64,000 nucleotides of DNA, taken from a virus. Shown here piece after piece: positions 1 through 8,995 of this stretch (within the stretch, counting starts at the first letter, position 1; the number at the start of each line of letters is the position of its first letter). Under the pieces are notes generated by a model. It saw only the letters and a program-made list of their open reading frames with translations. It made no database searches and was not told the origin of the DNA. Position numbers and translations under genes: made by a program. The stretch is from IMG/VR virus record IMGVR_UViG_3300029908_000017, positions 1 to 64,000 of that record. One strand, written 5' to 3'.

Positions 1-572
1 ACATAATTATAAGCTGTTACTTGGCTATTTCCCCAAGCTGTTACTTGGCTATTTTCCCAAGCTGTTACTTGGCTATTTTCCCAAGCTGTTACTTGGCTAT
101 TTTCCCTAGCTGTTACTTGGCTATTTCCCCAAGCTGTTACTTGGCTATTTCCCCAAGCTGTTACTTGGCTATTTCCCCAAGCTGTTACTTGGCTATTTCC
201 CCAAGCTGTTACTTGGCTATTTTCCCTAGCTGTTACTTGGCTATTTCCCCAAGCTGTTACTTGGCTATTTTCCCTAGCTGTTACTTGGCTATTTTCCCTA
301 GCTGTTACTTGGCTATTTTCCCAAGCTGTTACTTGGCTATTTCCCCTAGCTGTTACTTGGCTATTTTCCCTAGCTGTTACTTGGCTATTTTCCCTAGCTG
401 TTACTTGGCTATTTCCCCTAGCTGTTACTTGGCTATTTTCCCTAGCTGTTACTTGGCTATTTTTAGGAATACGGCTTACTTCAATAAACCCCTTTAAATA
501 AATATATGTAAATGTTGTATATTCAACAGGTAAAGCATCAAACTCCGATTGTGTCTTGATTTCAATTTCCAT
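1..572 (-). CDS. Octapeptide-repeat (beta-solenoid-like) protein, 3'-truncated by window edge
   Basis: Own translation from ATG at 572: MEIEIKTQSEFDALPVEYTTFTYIYLKGFIEVSRIPK then (G/E)NSQVTA(W/R) x19, open to position 1. Same strand as neighbours; absent from the ORF track because it has no stop in the window. Confidence 0.8.
   Translation of the reverse strand, partial: MEIEIKTQSEFDALPVEYTTFTYIYLKGFIEVSRIPKNSQVTARENSQVTARGNSQVTARENSQVTARENSQVTARGNSQVTAWENSQVTARENSQVTARENSQVTAWGNSQVTARENSQVTAWGNSQVTAWGNSQVTAWGNSQVTAWGNSQVTARENSQVTAWENSQVTAWENSQVTAWGNSQVTAYNY
12..463. repeat. 24-bp tandem repeat, 19 copies (coding)
   Basis: agctgttacttggctattt(t/c)ccc(a/t) repeats with exact 24-nt period from 12 to 444; no unique spacers. 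Confidence 0.97.
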
Positions 573-690
573 AAATTATATTATTTTTTATTTTATTACT
601 TTCAATATTATTCCAGTGCAATAGATATAAATTGTTAACATCATTACAGACATAATTTCTTTCTTACAATGTATTTACTGGCTACACTGT

Positions 691-727
691 ATTATACCTA
701 AAGAATAATGATTATTCTTTAGGGGAT
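691..727 (-). promoter_or_regulatory. C-box/extended -10 promoter copy 1 (one mismatch), with perfect 13-bp palindrome in the spacer
   Basis: Minus strand ATCCCC-N23-GGTATAAT, same spacing as the five other copies; cctaaagaataat-g-attattctttagg at 697-723. Confidence 0.6.
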
Positions 728-930
728 GAATCCATTTTTTCAGCATTAATAAATGATTCTTCCCATGCGGCTAATTCTGAAAAACGGGCATAATTTGAGA
801 GCTTTAAAAACTCTTGGTATGCTAGTTTTAGATTTACCCCCAACGGGGTGTTTCTAGAAATAATAGCGTCTAATTTAGGAAAATTAATTAGTAGGTTATC
901 TTTTAAATTTTTATTTACCAAACTAGACAT
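712..930 (-). CDS. Hypothetical protein
   Basis: ORF overlapping neighbours in a minus-strand run. Confidence 0.6.
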   Translation of the reverse strand: MSSLVNKNLKDNLLINFPKLDAIISRNTPLGVNLKLAYQEFLKLSNYARFSELAAWEESFINAEKMDSSPKE

Positions 931-1243
931 AATCTAATGCTTTCTTATAATAATCTATTTCTTGTTTATTTGTCGAATGGTTCAACGCATATTCTACCGC
1001 TTCAATTAACATTTCTTCTTTTGTTTTTCTACTTTGAAAGTTTATGTGTTTATCATATATCATCTCTGCCTTCTTTTTTGCAGATGACAAAGTTTTGAAA
1101 GTTCTTTGCAATTCATAATTTAGAAAAAGAAAATAACGATTTTTTTCTAGCTTAATGATTTCCAAAATTTGCTTTCCATCCTCAAAAATGGCATATTGCC
1201 GATTGTGGGTTTCACTACTCGTTATCCAAAATAGTTTATTCAT
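923..1243 (-). CDS. Hypothetical protein
   Basis: ORF with ATGA-type overlap to the upstream gene. Confidence 0.65.
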   Translation of the reverse strand: MNKLFWITSSETHNRQYAIFEDGKQILEIIKLEKNRYFLFLNYELQRTFKTLSSAKKKAEMIYDKHINFQSRKTKEEMLIEAVEYALNHSTNKQEIDYYKKALDYV

Positions 1244-1575
1244 ACTTCTACTAATTCTTGTTCTTCTATTAAATTCTCTTCCAACTTTTCTTCTTTAGTT
1301 TTTGGAGGTTCGACTTCACGAAATCTTTCAGCATTGAACCCCAGTTCACGAGCTTTAATTTCAGAAAATCCCGGAGGTTGTATCACTTTATTTTTGACAC
1401 CCATTAGTGTAACGGCAACTTCTTGAAAATCACCATACGGTTGATTTAATTTATTTCCCAGAAATACATCTCTTACAGTGTATATTTGGTCTTTTTTAAT
1501 CCAATGATCATAAAGACTGCGAGTATATGAGTCAACCTTATCATCCACACAAATAACCTTTGCACCAGTTTGCAT
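1240..1575 (-). CDS. Hypothetical phage protein (possible SH3-like; G-x-K-V-I-C-V-D-D...IYTV...F-x-AERF)
   Basis: Motif pattern familiar from small phage proteins; coupled ORF. Confidence 0.6.
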   Translation of the reverse strand: MQTGAKVICVDDKVDSYTRSLYDHWIKKDQIYTVRDVFLGNKLNQPYGDFQEVAVTLMGVKNKVIQPPGFSEIKARELGFNAERFREVEPPKTKEEKLEENLIEEQELVEV

Positions 1576-1576
1576 A

Positions 1577-1840
1577 TTAATCTATTGGTAATTCAAATTC
1601 AAATTCTTCAAGTTTGTAACCGTTATCATAATTATATAACATGTTGCTAATCAGTTCAGGGAGAAATACAACTATACAATTTTGAGAAGTAATATCAAAG
1701 TATATATATCCATTTTTTCGCCTTGGATATACTCCACATCTCTTACCTGTTAAGGATTCAATAGCTTTCGCTACACAACAGTTATTAAGGTCTCCCCTTT
1801 CACTTTTATCAATATGTTCTTTTGTTACTTTGATTAGCAT
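1577..1840 (-). CDS. Hypothetical protein, paralog of 25202..25474
   Basis: Shared M-x-I-x-VTK-x-x-I, C-x-(V/I)-x-x-A and FEFE pattern. Confidence 0.7.
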   Translation of the reverse strand: MLIKVTKEHIDKSERGDLNNCCVAKAIESLTGKRCGVYPRRKNGYIYFDITSQNCIVVFLPELISNMLYNYDNGYKLEEFEFELPID

Positions 1841-1873
1841 AATGGTTTATATTTATTAGTTTCTACAAAGGAG

Positions 1874-1944
1874 TGCCCCCGACAGGAGTTGAACCTGTAA
1901 AAAGCGATTATGAGTCGCACGGTATACCGTTTACCTACAAGGGC
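1874..1944 (-). tRNA. tRNA with CAT anticodon, probably tRNA-Ile2 (lysidine type) rather than Met
   Basis: Cloverleaf GCCCTTG / GGTA-TACC D arm / GCGA-CTCATAA-TCGC anticodon arm / ACAGG-TTCAACT-CCTGT / CGGGGGC-A. The arm GCGACTCATAATCGCT matches my recollection of bacterial tRNA-Ile2. No encoded CCA. Confidence 0.9.
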
Positions 1945-1979
1945 GTTAAATTATTTAATGATTATCAGCGGAATTTTAC

Positions 1980-2381
1980 TTACCTTACAACAGACTCCTC
2001 AGCTTTCATCAGTAGTTCTCTAATTGCTTGCCATTCATAATTGCGATATCCAGATTCAACGTATATTCGAGTTTCTCCAAGATTATGTCCGTTTACAGTT
2101 ATATAATCCTTACATCCTCGTTCAGTAAAGCAGGAAGTTACGAATTCCCAAATCTCGATGTACCCTATTTGTTCAGAATCTGTATCATTTTGATAACTTT
2201 CATCATATTCGAATGATCCATCATATTTACTTACCCATTCAAATTGTTCGGTGTAACGTTTGTCCACTCCATATATTTTACGTTTACGTTGAACAATAAA
2301 AATAGGATGTGAGGTTATACGGTTATCTTGCAGCAGCAGGTTTTTTTTAATACTACTAATAGGTGGTAAATCGTTTTGCAT
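1980..2381 (-). CDS. Ead/Ea22-like phage protein
   Basis: QDNRITSHPIFIVQ, FVTSCFTE-x-GCKDYI-x-x-NGHNL and RIYVES motifs. Confidence 0.6.
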   Translation of the reverse strand: MQNDLPPISSIKKNLLLQDNRITSHPIFIVQRKRKIYGVDKRYTEQFEWVSKYDGSFEYDESYQNDTDSEQIGYIEIWEFVTSCFTERGCKDYITVNGHNLGETRIYVESGYRNYEWQAIRELLMKAEESVVR

Positions 2382-2382
2382 A

Positions 2383-2634
2383 TTATTTTATCACTGCAAT
2401 GTAATTTTCATCATCCACAGCATATACTTTCATTCCTTGAAATTCTAACCGGTTATCTCCAGTACCTGGAAACGGTTCTTCTGGAAAATACATTATCGAG
2501 GAAGGCACTACTTCTCTTAATATAGTTAATTGTAATTGCCCTAATAAAAGTTTTTTAGGGCGTTCATTAGCATGATGAACTTTATACTGTTGAGTTTCAA
2601 AACAAACCGAAAAATTTAAGTCAGCAAATTGCAT
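2383..2634 (-). CDS. Hypothetical protein
   Basis: First ORF downstream of C-box promoter copy 2. Confidence 0.65.
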   Translation of the reverse strand: MQFADLNFSVCFETQQYKVHHANERPKKLLLGQLQLTILREVVPSSIMYFPEEPFPGTGDNRLEFQGMKVYAVDDENYIAVIK

Positions 2635-2675
2635 AATTTTCTTATATATTACAAACGTTAAATCGTTCGTAATAT

Positions 2676-2712
2676 ATTATACCAAAAATTAGGCTTTATA
2701 CTGGGAGGGGGT
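2676..2712 (-). promoter_or_regulatory. C-box/extended -10 promoter copy 2
   Basis: ACCCCC-N23-GGTATAAT in an intergenic gap, followed by stem atattacgaacg/cgtttgtaatat. Confidence 0.75.
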
Positions 2713-2716
2713 ATGC

Positions 2717-3100
2717 CTAATTTATATCTTCTGTAACATAAGTTGTTGTAACAGAAGAAGTTATAACAACTTTTTGAATCTTAGGAAGCAATAATTTCGT
2801 TACCATACTCTGTGCTTCAGGAGCTTTCAAAAAAGCTTGGGCGATAGCTGAATCTTGAAATGACAATGCTTGGCTAATTTGAGCGGTGGTGCCCTGAGGA
2901 GATAAATAATACTCGTTGTCATTGATTACATAACAAGTATTTTTAAACTTTTTCTTTTCTTTAAATGCAGGTTTTTTAATTTTTATCTCACTTGCTTTAT
3001 CAACATGAAAAGTTTTATTTTGTTGTGCAATAGTCGCTTTATCAATGGTAGACAATTCTTCAGGTTGATAATCCGGTAGTTCAATAGCTTCGTTGTTCAT
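2717..3100 (-). CDS. Hypothetical protein
   Basis: 127-aa ORF in an operon. Confidence 0.65.
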   Translation of the reverse strand: MNNEAIELPDYQPEELSTIDKATIAQQNKTFHVDKASEIKIKKPAFKEKKKFKNTCYVINDNEYYLSPQGTTAQISQALSFQDSAIAQAFLKAPEAQSMVTKLLLPKIQKVVITSSVTTTYVTEDIN

Positions 3101-3103
3101 AAT

Positions 3104-4408
3104 TTATAGATTAAAATAGTACTGTGCTTCTAGCCCTTTGTCAAAGTGATATAAAAACGCTTTTGCGCCTCGTGTTTGGCCTACATAACCCTTTGAAGCA
3201 TGCCAAGAGTCTGCCGAACATAAGGAGGGAAGGGTGCGAATTTTTACACCCATAATCTCATCATCTAACTCTGCATGTAAATGACCGGTATGCCATTCTT
3301 TATACGTGGTAGCAGCCCATTCATCCTTTTGCTCAGTAGCCATTAATAAGGGTAGATTTTTTTTAATTTCTTTATCGCCGTGAGTAAATCCTAACAATGT
3401 TTGTCCGTACCTATAATATTTACGCAGAGTAGGTGAATTATTAATTGAAACATTTGGATGGCCTTTAAAGAAAGCAGCTAAATATTCCCCTAAATAAAAC
3501 GATCTCTCCATATCGTGATTACCTACACAAATAACAACATCGACAGGTATTTCAATAGCCAGTCCTGCAATAGTTTCTTGAATTACTTTACAACCTTTTC
3601 GAAATGTATTTTGCCAGCGGCTATCTTCTACTTGTGGAGTTCCTGCTGTTGTCGATTCATCCGAACCATCGGAATTGAATAAATCATTACCAATTGGTAA
3701 TAATATTCTTTCCACTAAATTAATTGGTGCTTTTTCAATTAAATCACCAACCGCATATTTAAATAATCGCACTGCTTCATTGGAATCGTAGTTTTCTCCA
3801 CCTGTTTCTTCTCCCCAGCTTAATTTACCAATATGTAGATCAGCGATATTGATTTCCAAACAATACTTTTTTTCAGGGTTAGCTGGAATTTCATCAAGTT
3901 CATTCCACTTCAGAGTATTGATATTTGAATTTAACTCATTTTTAAAATACTCCAATAGTTCTTTTGTTGTATCAATTGCTTTGATGCGTTCCAACTTTAC
4001 AGCTACTCGAAATAATTCTTTGACGTTGGCTTTTCCACTATCTTTTGCAATACCTTCTACTCTACCATTTTTATAAACAAGGTCTTTATTCACATCTTTT
4101 CGTGCCATGTCCCATTTTGTTACTTCGTATGTTTTTACACGCCAGATGGTTAGATCCACTTTTGCCGCAATTAATAATTCTTCCAATGTGCGAATTGAAC
4201 CAGACGATTGCAGCAGTCCTTCAGTATCATTGGATTTAAACTCGATTTTGCTATCTGTTTTTTCTGGAGTGGAACGTAATGGTGAAATGATTTCTGATGC
4301 TTCTGTGTTAGTAAACCCGTTATTTAATAAGGATTGAAAAATATTTCGTTTATTTTTTCGAGCTTTTGTAATAATTACCAGTCCTTCGTTTATGCGTTCT
4401 TGAGTCAT
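3104..4408 (-). CDS. Calcineurin-like metallophosphoesterase
   Basis: DLHIG, GND, GNHD, HGD and GHLH motifs. Confidence 0.85.
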   Translation of the reverse strand: MTQERINEGLVIITKARKNKRNIFQSLLNNGFTNTEASEIISPLRSTPEKTDSKIEFKSNDTEGLLQSSGSIRTLEELLIAAKVDLTIWRVKTYEVTKWDMARKDVNKDLVYKNGRVEGIAKDSGKANVKELFRVAVKLERIKAIDTTKELLEYFKNELNSNINTLKWNELDEIPANPEKKYCLEINIADLHIGKLSWGEETGGENYDSNEAVRLFKYAVGDLIEKAPINLVERILLPIGNDLFNSDGSDESTTAGTPQVEDSRWQNTFRKGCKVIQETIAGLAIEIPVDVVICVGNHDMERSFYLGEYLAAFFKGHPNVSINNSPTLRKYYRYGQTLLGFTHGDKEIKKNLPLLMATEQKDEWAATTYKEWHTGHLHAELDDEIMGVKIRTLPSLCSADSWHASKGYVGQTRGAKAFLYHFDKGLEAQYYFNL

Positions 4409-4699
4409 ATTTGATTTTATTGTATATGCCGACAGAAAATTTACGATTCGAAGTATATAATATCGTAGTTAAAACCTTGATTATCAGTTACTTCAACCTT
4501 AAAAAATTTTTTAAACTTATTTTTGTATTTATATACCAACAACTTACATAAGTAGTTGGGAAACAATAATTTAAAATAATACAAGTTAAAAAGAATATTT
4601 TTAACAAAAATTTCTGAAAATTTTACTGATTCTTTTTCTGTAAGCCATTTGGATTTGTGAATCACAGTGTACATTACGAAGGAATCATCGTTTGTCAAA

Positions 4700-5518
4700 T
4701 TAAACTACGATACTTAGAATCAATATTACAGATGTTGTACCCGTCGCGCCACCTGGATTAGAGGGAGAAACATAGTCACTAGGCCAAGGAGTATTTCCAA
4801 AGAGATTAGTGTTCCAAAAAATACCTGTATCTGTAAACAGTACAGTTTTATCATCTAGAATTACACCATTCTTTTCAATGTATGCCAAATTCAATTTCGG
4901 TACAGCTGCTGGATAAATCAATGGTAAATTTGGATCGGTAGCAATATTATATTTAAAGTAGTAGCCTGCAGGATCTGCTCCAGAAGTAGGAAGCCATCCC
5001 CTTTCTGATGTGTTTGGACTAGGAATGGTAATCATTCCACCAGTATTAACAGGAATACCGCATGGTAACGCAAAAAGAGGAAGACGATAAAGAGTATTGC
5101 TAACATATGTGTTCACATTGATATCTCCTGAAGTAATGCTATAAACTGATCCTTGCGCCAAATTCTGTATTAACTCAAAATCGGTTACGAGACTTTGAAT
5201 TTCTTGCAAAATAGTATCCAGCACACTATTTAGATACTCTACTGTGTTGGCGACTAAACAAACCTGATAGTCTAAAAAGTATGAAGTATCGGAAGTGGGT
5301 ACTCCTTGTCCAAGTGTTTCCAGTTGATTGGGTGTGCCTACAGCTGCAAAAATATCGGTTACACCTCCATTAATATTTCTAGTTCTTTGTTTGACAAAGA
5401 TGTACTTAGTGATATTTTGAGCAGAAGTAATCTCCAACGTCATTTGATAGCTACTTAAGTTTGGTATATAAACCGTCGCTGATTGTAGCAAGGTTACTTG
5501 CGCAGATTGAATAGCCAT
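4700..5518 (-). CDS. Putative virion structural protein (start revised to ATG 5518)
   Basis: T/S/N/P-rich, charge-poor composition; promoter-like element ends 7 nt before ATG 5518. Confidence 0.5.
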   Translation of the reverse strand: MAIQSAQVTLLQSATVYIPNLSSYQMTLEITSAQNITKYIFVKQRTRNINGGVTDIFAAVGTPNQLETLGQGVPTSDTSYFLDYQVCLVANTVEYLNSVLDTILQEIQSLVTDFELIQNLAQGSVYSITSGDINVNTYVSNTLYRLPLFALPCGIPVNTGGMITIPSPNTSERGWLPTSGADPAGYYFKYNIATDPNLPLIYPAAVPKLNLAYIEKNGVILDDKTVLFTDTGIFWNTNLFGNTPWPSDYVSPSNPGGATGTTSVILILSIVV

Positions 5519-5525
5519 TGAAAAA

Positions 5526-5554
5526 AGGATAACCGATAATGAATGAAGAAGCAA
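5526..5554 (-). promoter_or_regulatory. sigma70-like promoter, near-leaderless
   Basis: TTGCTT-N17-TATCCT-N7-ATG(5518). Confidence 0.45.
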
Positions 5555-5835
5555 GACCAGAGGTAAACGAACAAATTGAATTAATTACAACCAAATTACA
5601 AAAAGCTTTAGATGGGTTTGTTTTTAATTATGATTCTGGTAATTCGTTAAAATTATTAAGGGAAAAAGTGAGTTACGAGTTGGAGACACACGGTTATTGT
5701 GGGTTTCCTGTTATTTCTTATGAACTACGCGAAATTGATAAAGATTTATTAGAAGGTCATGTGATTATCGAATTACCTAAATTAGTTCAACTCAACTTTT
5801 TTTGTAATGAAAGTGGTTGCACAGTTGTAAAATAA
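5539..5835 (+). CDS. Hypothetical protein
   Basis: 98-aa ORF starting the plus-strand island. Confidence 0.6.
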   Translation: MNEEARPEVNEQIELITTKLQKALDGFVFNYDSGNSLKLLREKVSYELETHGYCGFPVISYELREIDKDLLEGHVIIELPKLVQLNFFCNESGCTVVK

Positions 5836-5845
5836 CCCGTATATT
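5817..5845 (+). promoter_or_regulatory. sigma70-like promoter, near-leaderless
   Basis: TTGCAC-N17-TATATT-N8-ATG(5854). Confidence 0.55.
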
Positions 5846-5853
5846 GTTCGACC

Positions 5854-6585
5854 ATGGATGTATATGATAATTTAAAAGATGGTGAGGGGGCAGGTACATT
5901 GATTGTGGGACGTTACAATAAAGAAGGTAAAGTCCAACAGAAATCCACATTTTCAGGCTCACCCGAAGATCTTGCCGATCTAGCGGAAAAATATAAAAAC
6001 TCCATGTCTGTTGCACGGGCTGAATTTCTTCCTTCATTAGCTAAGATACCATTTTCATTATCATCAAATACTCCCAAACCCAAGATACAAAAAAAACGTG
6101 GTCCTAAACCTAAAATAAAAGTAGTACAAGAAATACAACCACCTACTAATGTAGCAAAAGTTAATCCTAATAAGGTTTTTGATTTAGATACAAACGATTA
6201 CTTTAACGAAGATTCTACAAAAACAACGGGTACTATTAATTTTGAAGAACCCGAAGAATATGGGCATAATGAAGAACCCTCTACAGCACAACAGATTACA
6301 CAAAAGCGAATTGCATTCCAAAATCAATTTGGAAAGATATTCACAGAAGTAGAGGATGTAATTTATCAGGAAAATGGATTTTCTATCATGTTGGTGTACA
6401 CTAATATCAATAAATTAACATTTATTCCAAAAGAAGGTGAGACTTTAGAATTCTCAGAAGATCAAAGAACGTTTAAAAATGTGTTTTTTCCAGGGACGAT
6501 ATTCGACTACCATGGTAAAATTATAATGATATTATATGTTGAAGTTGATAATATTGAAGAAACGGAGAATACTGATAATGAATAA
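5854..6585 (+). CDS. Hypothetical protein upstream of portal (basic KKRGPKPK patch)
   Basis: 243-aa ORF. Confidence 0.7.
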   Translation: MDVYDNLKDGEGAGTLIVGRYNKEGKVQQKSTFSGSPEDLADLAEKYKNSMSVARAEFLPSLAKIPFSLSSNTPKPKIQKKRGPKPKIKVVQEIQPPTNVAKVNPNKVFDLDTNDYFNEDSTKTTGTINFEEPEEYGHNEEPSTAQQITQKRIAFQNQFGKIFTEVEDVIYQENGFSIMLVYTNINKLTFIPKEGETLEFSEDQRTFKNVFFPGTIFDYHGKIIMILYVEVDNIEETENTDNE

Positions 6586-6730
6586 ATTTGGAAATATAAC
6601 AGAAGAAACAAGATCGGACTTTGATTCTACAAAGAAAGTAGAATTTATTGATAAGGAAGGTTTTGAAGTAGCAGATAAAAAAAATAAGAATAAGTTGAAG
6701 AATCCTGTAGCCATCAAAGAAACTAAATAA
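6578..6730 (+). CDS. Small hypothetical protein (start revised to ATG 6578)
   Basis: MNKFGNIT..., overlaps the upstream stop and ends 2 nt before the portal ATG. Confidence 0.5.
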   Translation: MNKFGNITEETRSDFDSTKKVEFIDKEGFEVADKKNKNKLKNPVAIKETK

Positions 6731-6732
6731 TC

Positions 6733-8514
6733 ATGCCTGTTTACGATGGAAGTTCTGGTCCTTCCGGTTTTTTTAATGGAGGAGGATTACCAAATAATCA
6801 ATATCCAAATCCATATTATAATGTAGCACAGCAGTATTTACCAATTTCCGTAGAGTCCCAATTATGGTGGATGGACTATTTATTGTTGCGTAATGGATTT
6901 TTAAAGTCTGCCCTGGCTCGTGTAGTTAATTATTTCATTAATACATTGATTATTGAAGATGCTAGTGAAGATGTGAAAAAGAAATATGAGGAAATATTTC
7001 GTACTCTAAAATATAAAGTATTACTAAATACGTCAGGGTTAAATCTGACGGCAATGAGTAACGAAGTGGTATCTGTTACTCAAGGATTTGATAGATTTTT
7101 AAAATGCTTAGATTGTAATAATACAATCAATATTGAAAAAACTAATAATTATGAGTTTAATAAAGGTAAGTACACCCATACATGCCCTAGTTGTAAGAGC
7201 AGAAAATCTGAAATTATAGACATTCCATCCAAGGATATTAAGAAGCTCTCGATTATTCACTGGCCAATTAGACAGTTGATTACACGACATGACAAGATTA
7301 GTGGGCAGACAGATTACTATTGGCAGATACCTCAAGAATATGTACGTAATGTTAGTAAGAAAAATAATAAATTTTTTTCCAAGGTCACTCCAAAGTATGT
7401 AATGGATTGTATATTTACGTCTGGAGGCCCAAAACTTTTAAAGCTTAACAAGGCCAATTTATTACACTTAAAATTACCTCATCCTTCTTCGATTGAAACG
7501 GATGGCAAGGCCATTCCTCTAGGGATGTTTATGTTTGATGACTTTTTTAGCTATCAGACTGTAAAAAGATTTAATGAAGTTATTATGTATGAACATATTG
7601 TACCGTTTAATCTTTTTTCGATGGCTAGTGATAATAGCCCTGCATCTAGTCCAGTATTCAACCAAAATGGTGGTGTATGGAAGTCAGCAATTGAAGAAAT
7701 GGTTCTCGCACATAAACGAGATCCTGGGTCTTATCAAACTTTCCCATTCCCAGTAAACTTTCAACAATTAGGAGGACAAGGTAAGGAACTGGCTCCTGTT
7801 GAATTAATGCAGCAATACAAGTCAGATATTCTTGGAAACTATAATATTCCTCAAGAGTTATATAATATGAACTTTGCTACTGCAAATGCCCCTGCTCCAA
7901 TGTTAAGGTTATTTGAAAATGCATGGAGTATCATACCCGACAGTCTGAATGAAGTACTCCAACATATAGCAGATATTGTTAGCAAGATTTATGGTTACGA
8001 AAAAATTAAAGTAAGTATGTTAGCTTCGACAATTAGTGATGATATTGAAAAGAAATCAATTATAAATTCGCTTGTTCAAGCAAATGTATTAGCTAAATCA
8101 ACTCTTACCGAGATTTATGGAATTAATTACATGGATCAAGTACGTAAGAAAATTAAAGAAGACGATGAGACATCTCGTATTCAACGAGAAGAACAAGAAA
8201 AGTCTGAAATTGAGCAATCTACGGAAGCTAATGTACTTAATCAGCCATCTGCTCAGACTGCACCTGGTCAACCAGCTGCGAGTTATAATACAGCAGGATC
8301 GAATCCTAACGATGTATTACAACAAGCCCAAGAGATTGCTCAAAAACTTTTACCCCTGGAAGCAGGACAAATACGTACAGAATTACAAACAATCAAAAGC
8401 ACCAACCCTACTCTTTATGCTGCTGTAAAAACGGCTTTGGGAGAATTACGTGCTTCTGGTAAGTCACAAGGTAACCAACAAATCAAACAAGAAGCAGCCC
8501 AAGCCAATCAATAA
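6733..8514 (+). CDS. Portal protein with CxxC...CxxC insertion
   Basis: 593 aa; FQQLGGQGKELAP-x-EL...ILGNYNIPQELY stem pattern, Q-rich tail and NPTLYAAV C-terminal helix resemble large-phage portals. Confidence 0.65.
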   Translation: MPVYDGSSGPSGFFNGGGLPNNQYPNPYYNVAQQYLPISVESQLWWMDYLLLRNGFLKSALARVVNYFINTLIIEDASEDVKKKYEEIFRTLKYKVLLNTSGLNLTAMSNEVVSVTQGFDRFLKCLDCNNTINIEKTNNYEFNKGKYTHTCPSCKSRKSEIIDIPSKDIKKLSIIHWPIRQLITRHDKISGQTDYYWQIPQEYVRNVSKKNNKFFSKVTPKYVMDCIFTSGGPKLLKLNKANLLHLKLPHPSSIETDGKAIPLGMFMFDDFFSYQTVKRFNEVIMYEHIVPFNLFSMASDNSPASSPVFNQNGGVWKSAIEEMVLAHKRDPGSYQTFPFPVNFQQLGGQGKELAPVELMQQYKSDILGNYNIPQELYNMNFATANAPAPMLRLFENAWSIIPDSLNEVLQHIADIVSKIYGYEKIKVSMLASTISDDIEKKSIINSLVQANVLAKSTLTEIYGINYMDQVRKKIKEDDETSRIQREEQEKSEIEQSTEANVLNQPSAQTAPGQPAASYNTAGSNPNDVLQQAQEIAQKLLPLEAGQIRTELQTIKSTNPTLYAAVKTALGELRASGKSQGNQQIKQEAAQANQ

Positions 8515-8646
8515 AATGAAAAAGTTATTTAAACGATTCGATGATTTATGTGATAATCATTTGACAGATTATGAACATTGGATATTCTTACGTAGTTTAT
8601 CTAGGTCTAATCCTGTAGTTTTTCAAAAATACTTACACGCAAAATA

Positions 8647-8955
8647 ATGAATAATATCTACTACTGTTCAATATCTGGCAAAGTTATTCCTGATGCCCGA
8701 GTTGAATACCTGCTTGAATCTGGCTTACCCATTGAAAAATGGACAGTCAAAGAACATTCTTCTGTTACAAAGGTTAAAGGTATCTTTCTGCAACCTGGCG
8801 ATTTGGGAGAAGGTGAAGTAGACACAAGCTCTTTGATTATCGTAAATAAGGTTTATAACGATACGGTAAGATCTATCATGGGGGATGCTGCTACGGACGC
8901 TGACCCGGATGGTGAAGAAGCAGATACATCGTTAGATGTTGTAAAGGACGAATAA
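8647..8955 (+). CDS. Hypothetical protein with degenerate TraR/DksA-like N-terminus
   Basis: YCSISGKVIPDARVE resembles C-x-x-CG-x-x-IP-x-x-RL but lacks three Cys. Confidence 0.35.
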   Translation: MNNIYYCSISGKVIPDARVEYLLESGLPIEKWTVKEHSSVTKVKGIFLQPGDLGEGEVDTSSLIIVNKVYNDTVRSIMGDAATDADPDGEEADTSLDVVKDE

Positions 8956-8960
8956 TATTA

Positions 8961-8989
8961 TTGTTTTTTATTAGAAGTTAATCTAGTAT
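8961..8989 (+). promoter_or_regulatory. sigma70-like promoter of lysis cassette, near-leaderless
   Basis: TTGTTT-N17-TAGTAT-N6-ATG(8996). Confidence 0.5.
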
Positions 8990-8995
8990 TAGCGC

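Noticed and set aside
12-463. CRISPR array
   Set aside because: Units are contiguous with no unique spacers, the period is a multiple of 3, and no cas genes are present. The same applies to 45541..46476.
21-497. Plus-strand ORF with (AIFPSCYL)n
   Set aside because: Shadow of the repeat. The minus frame has an ATG start, a normal N-terminus, a typical beta-helix repeat and the same orientation as its neighbours.
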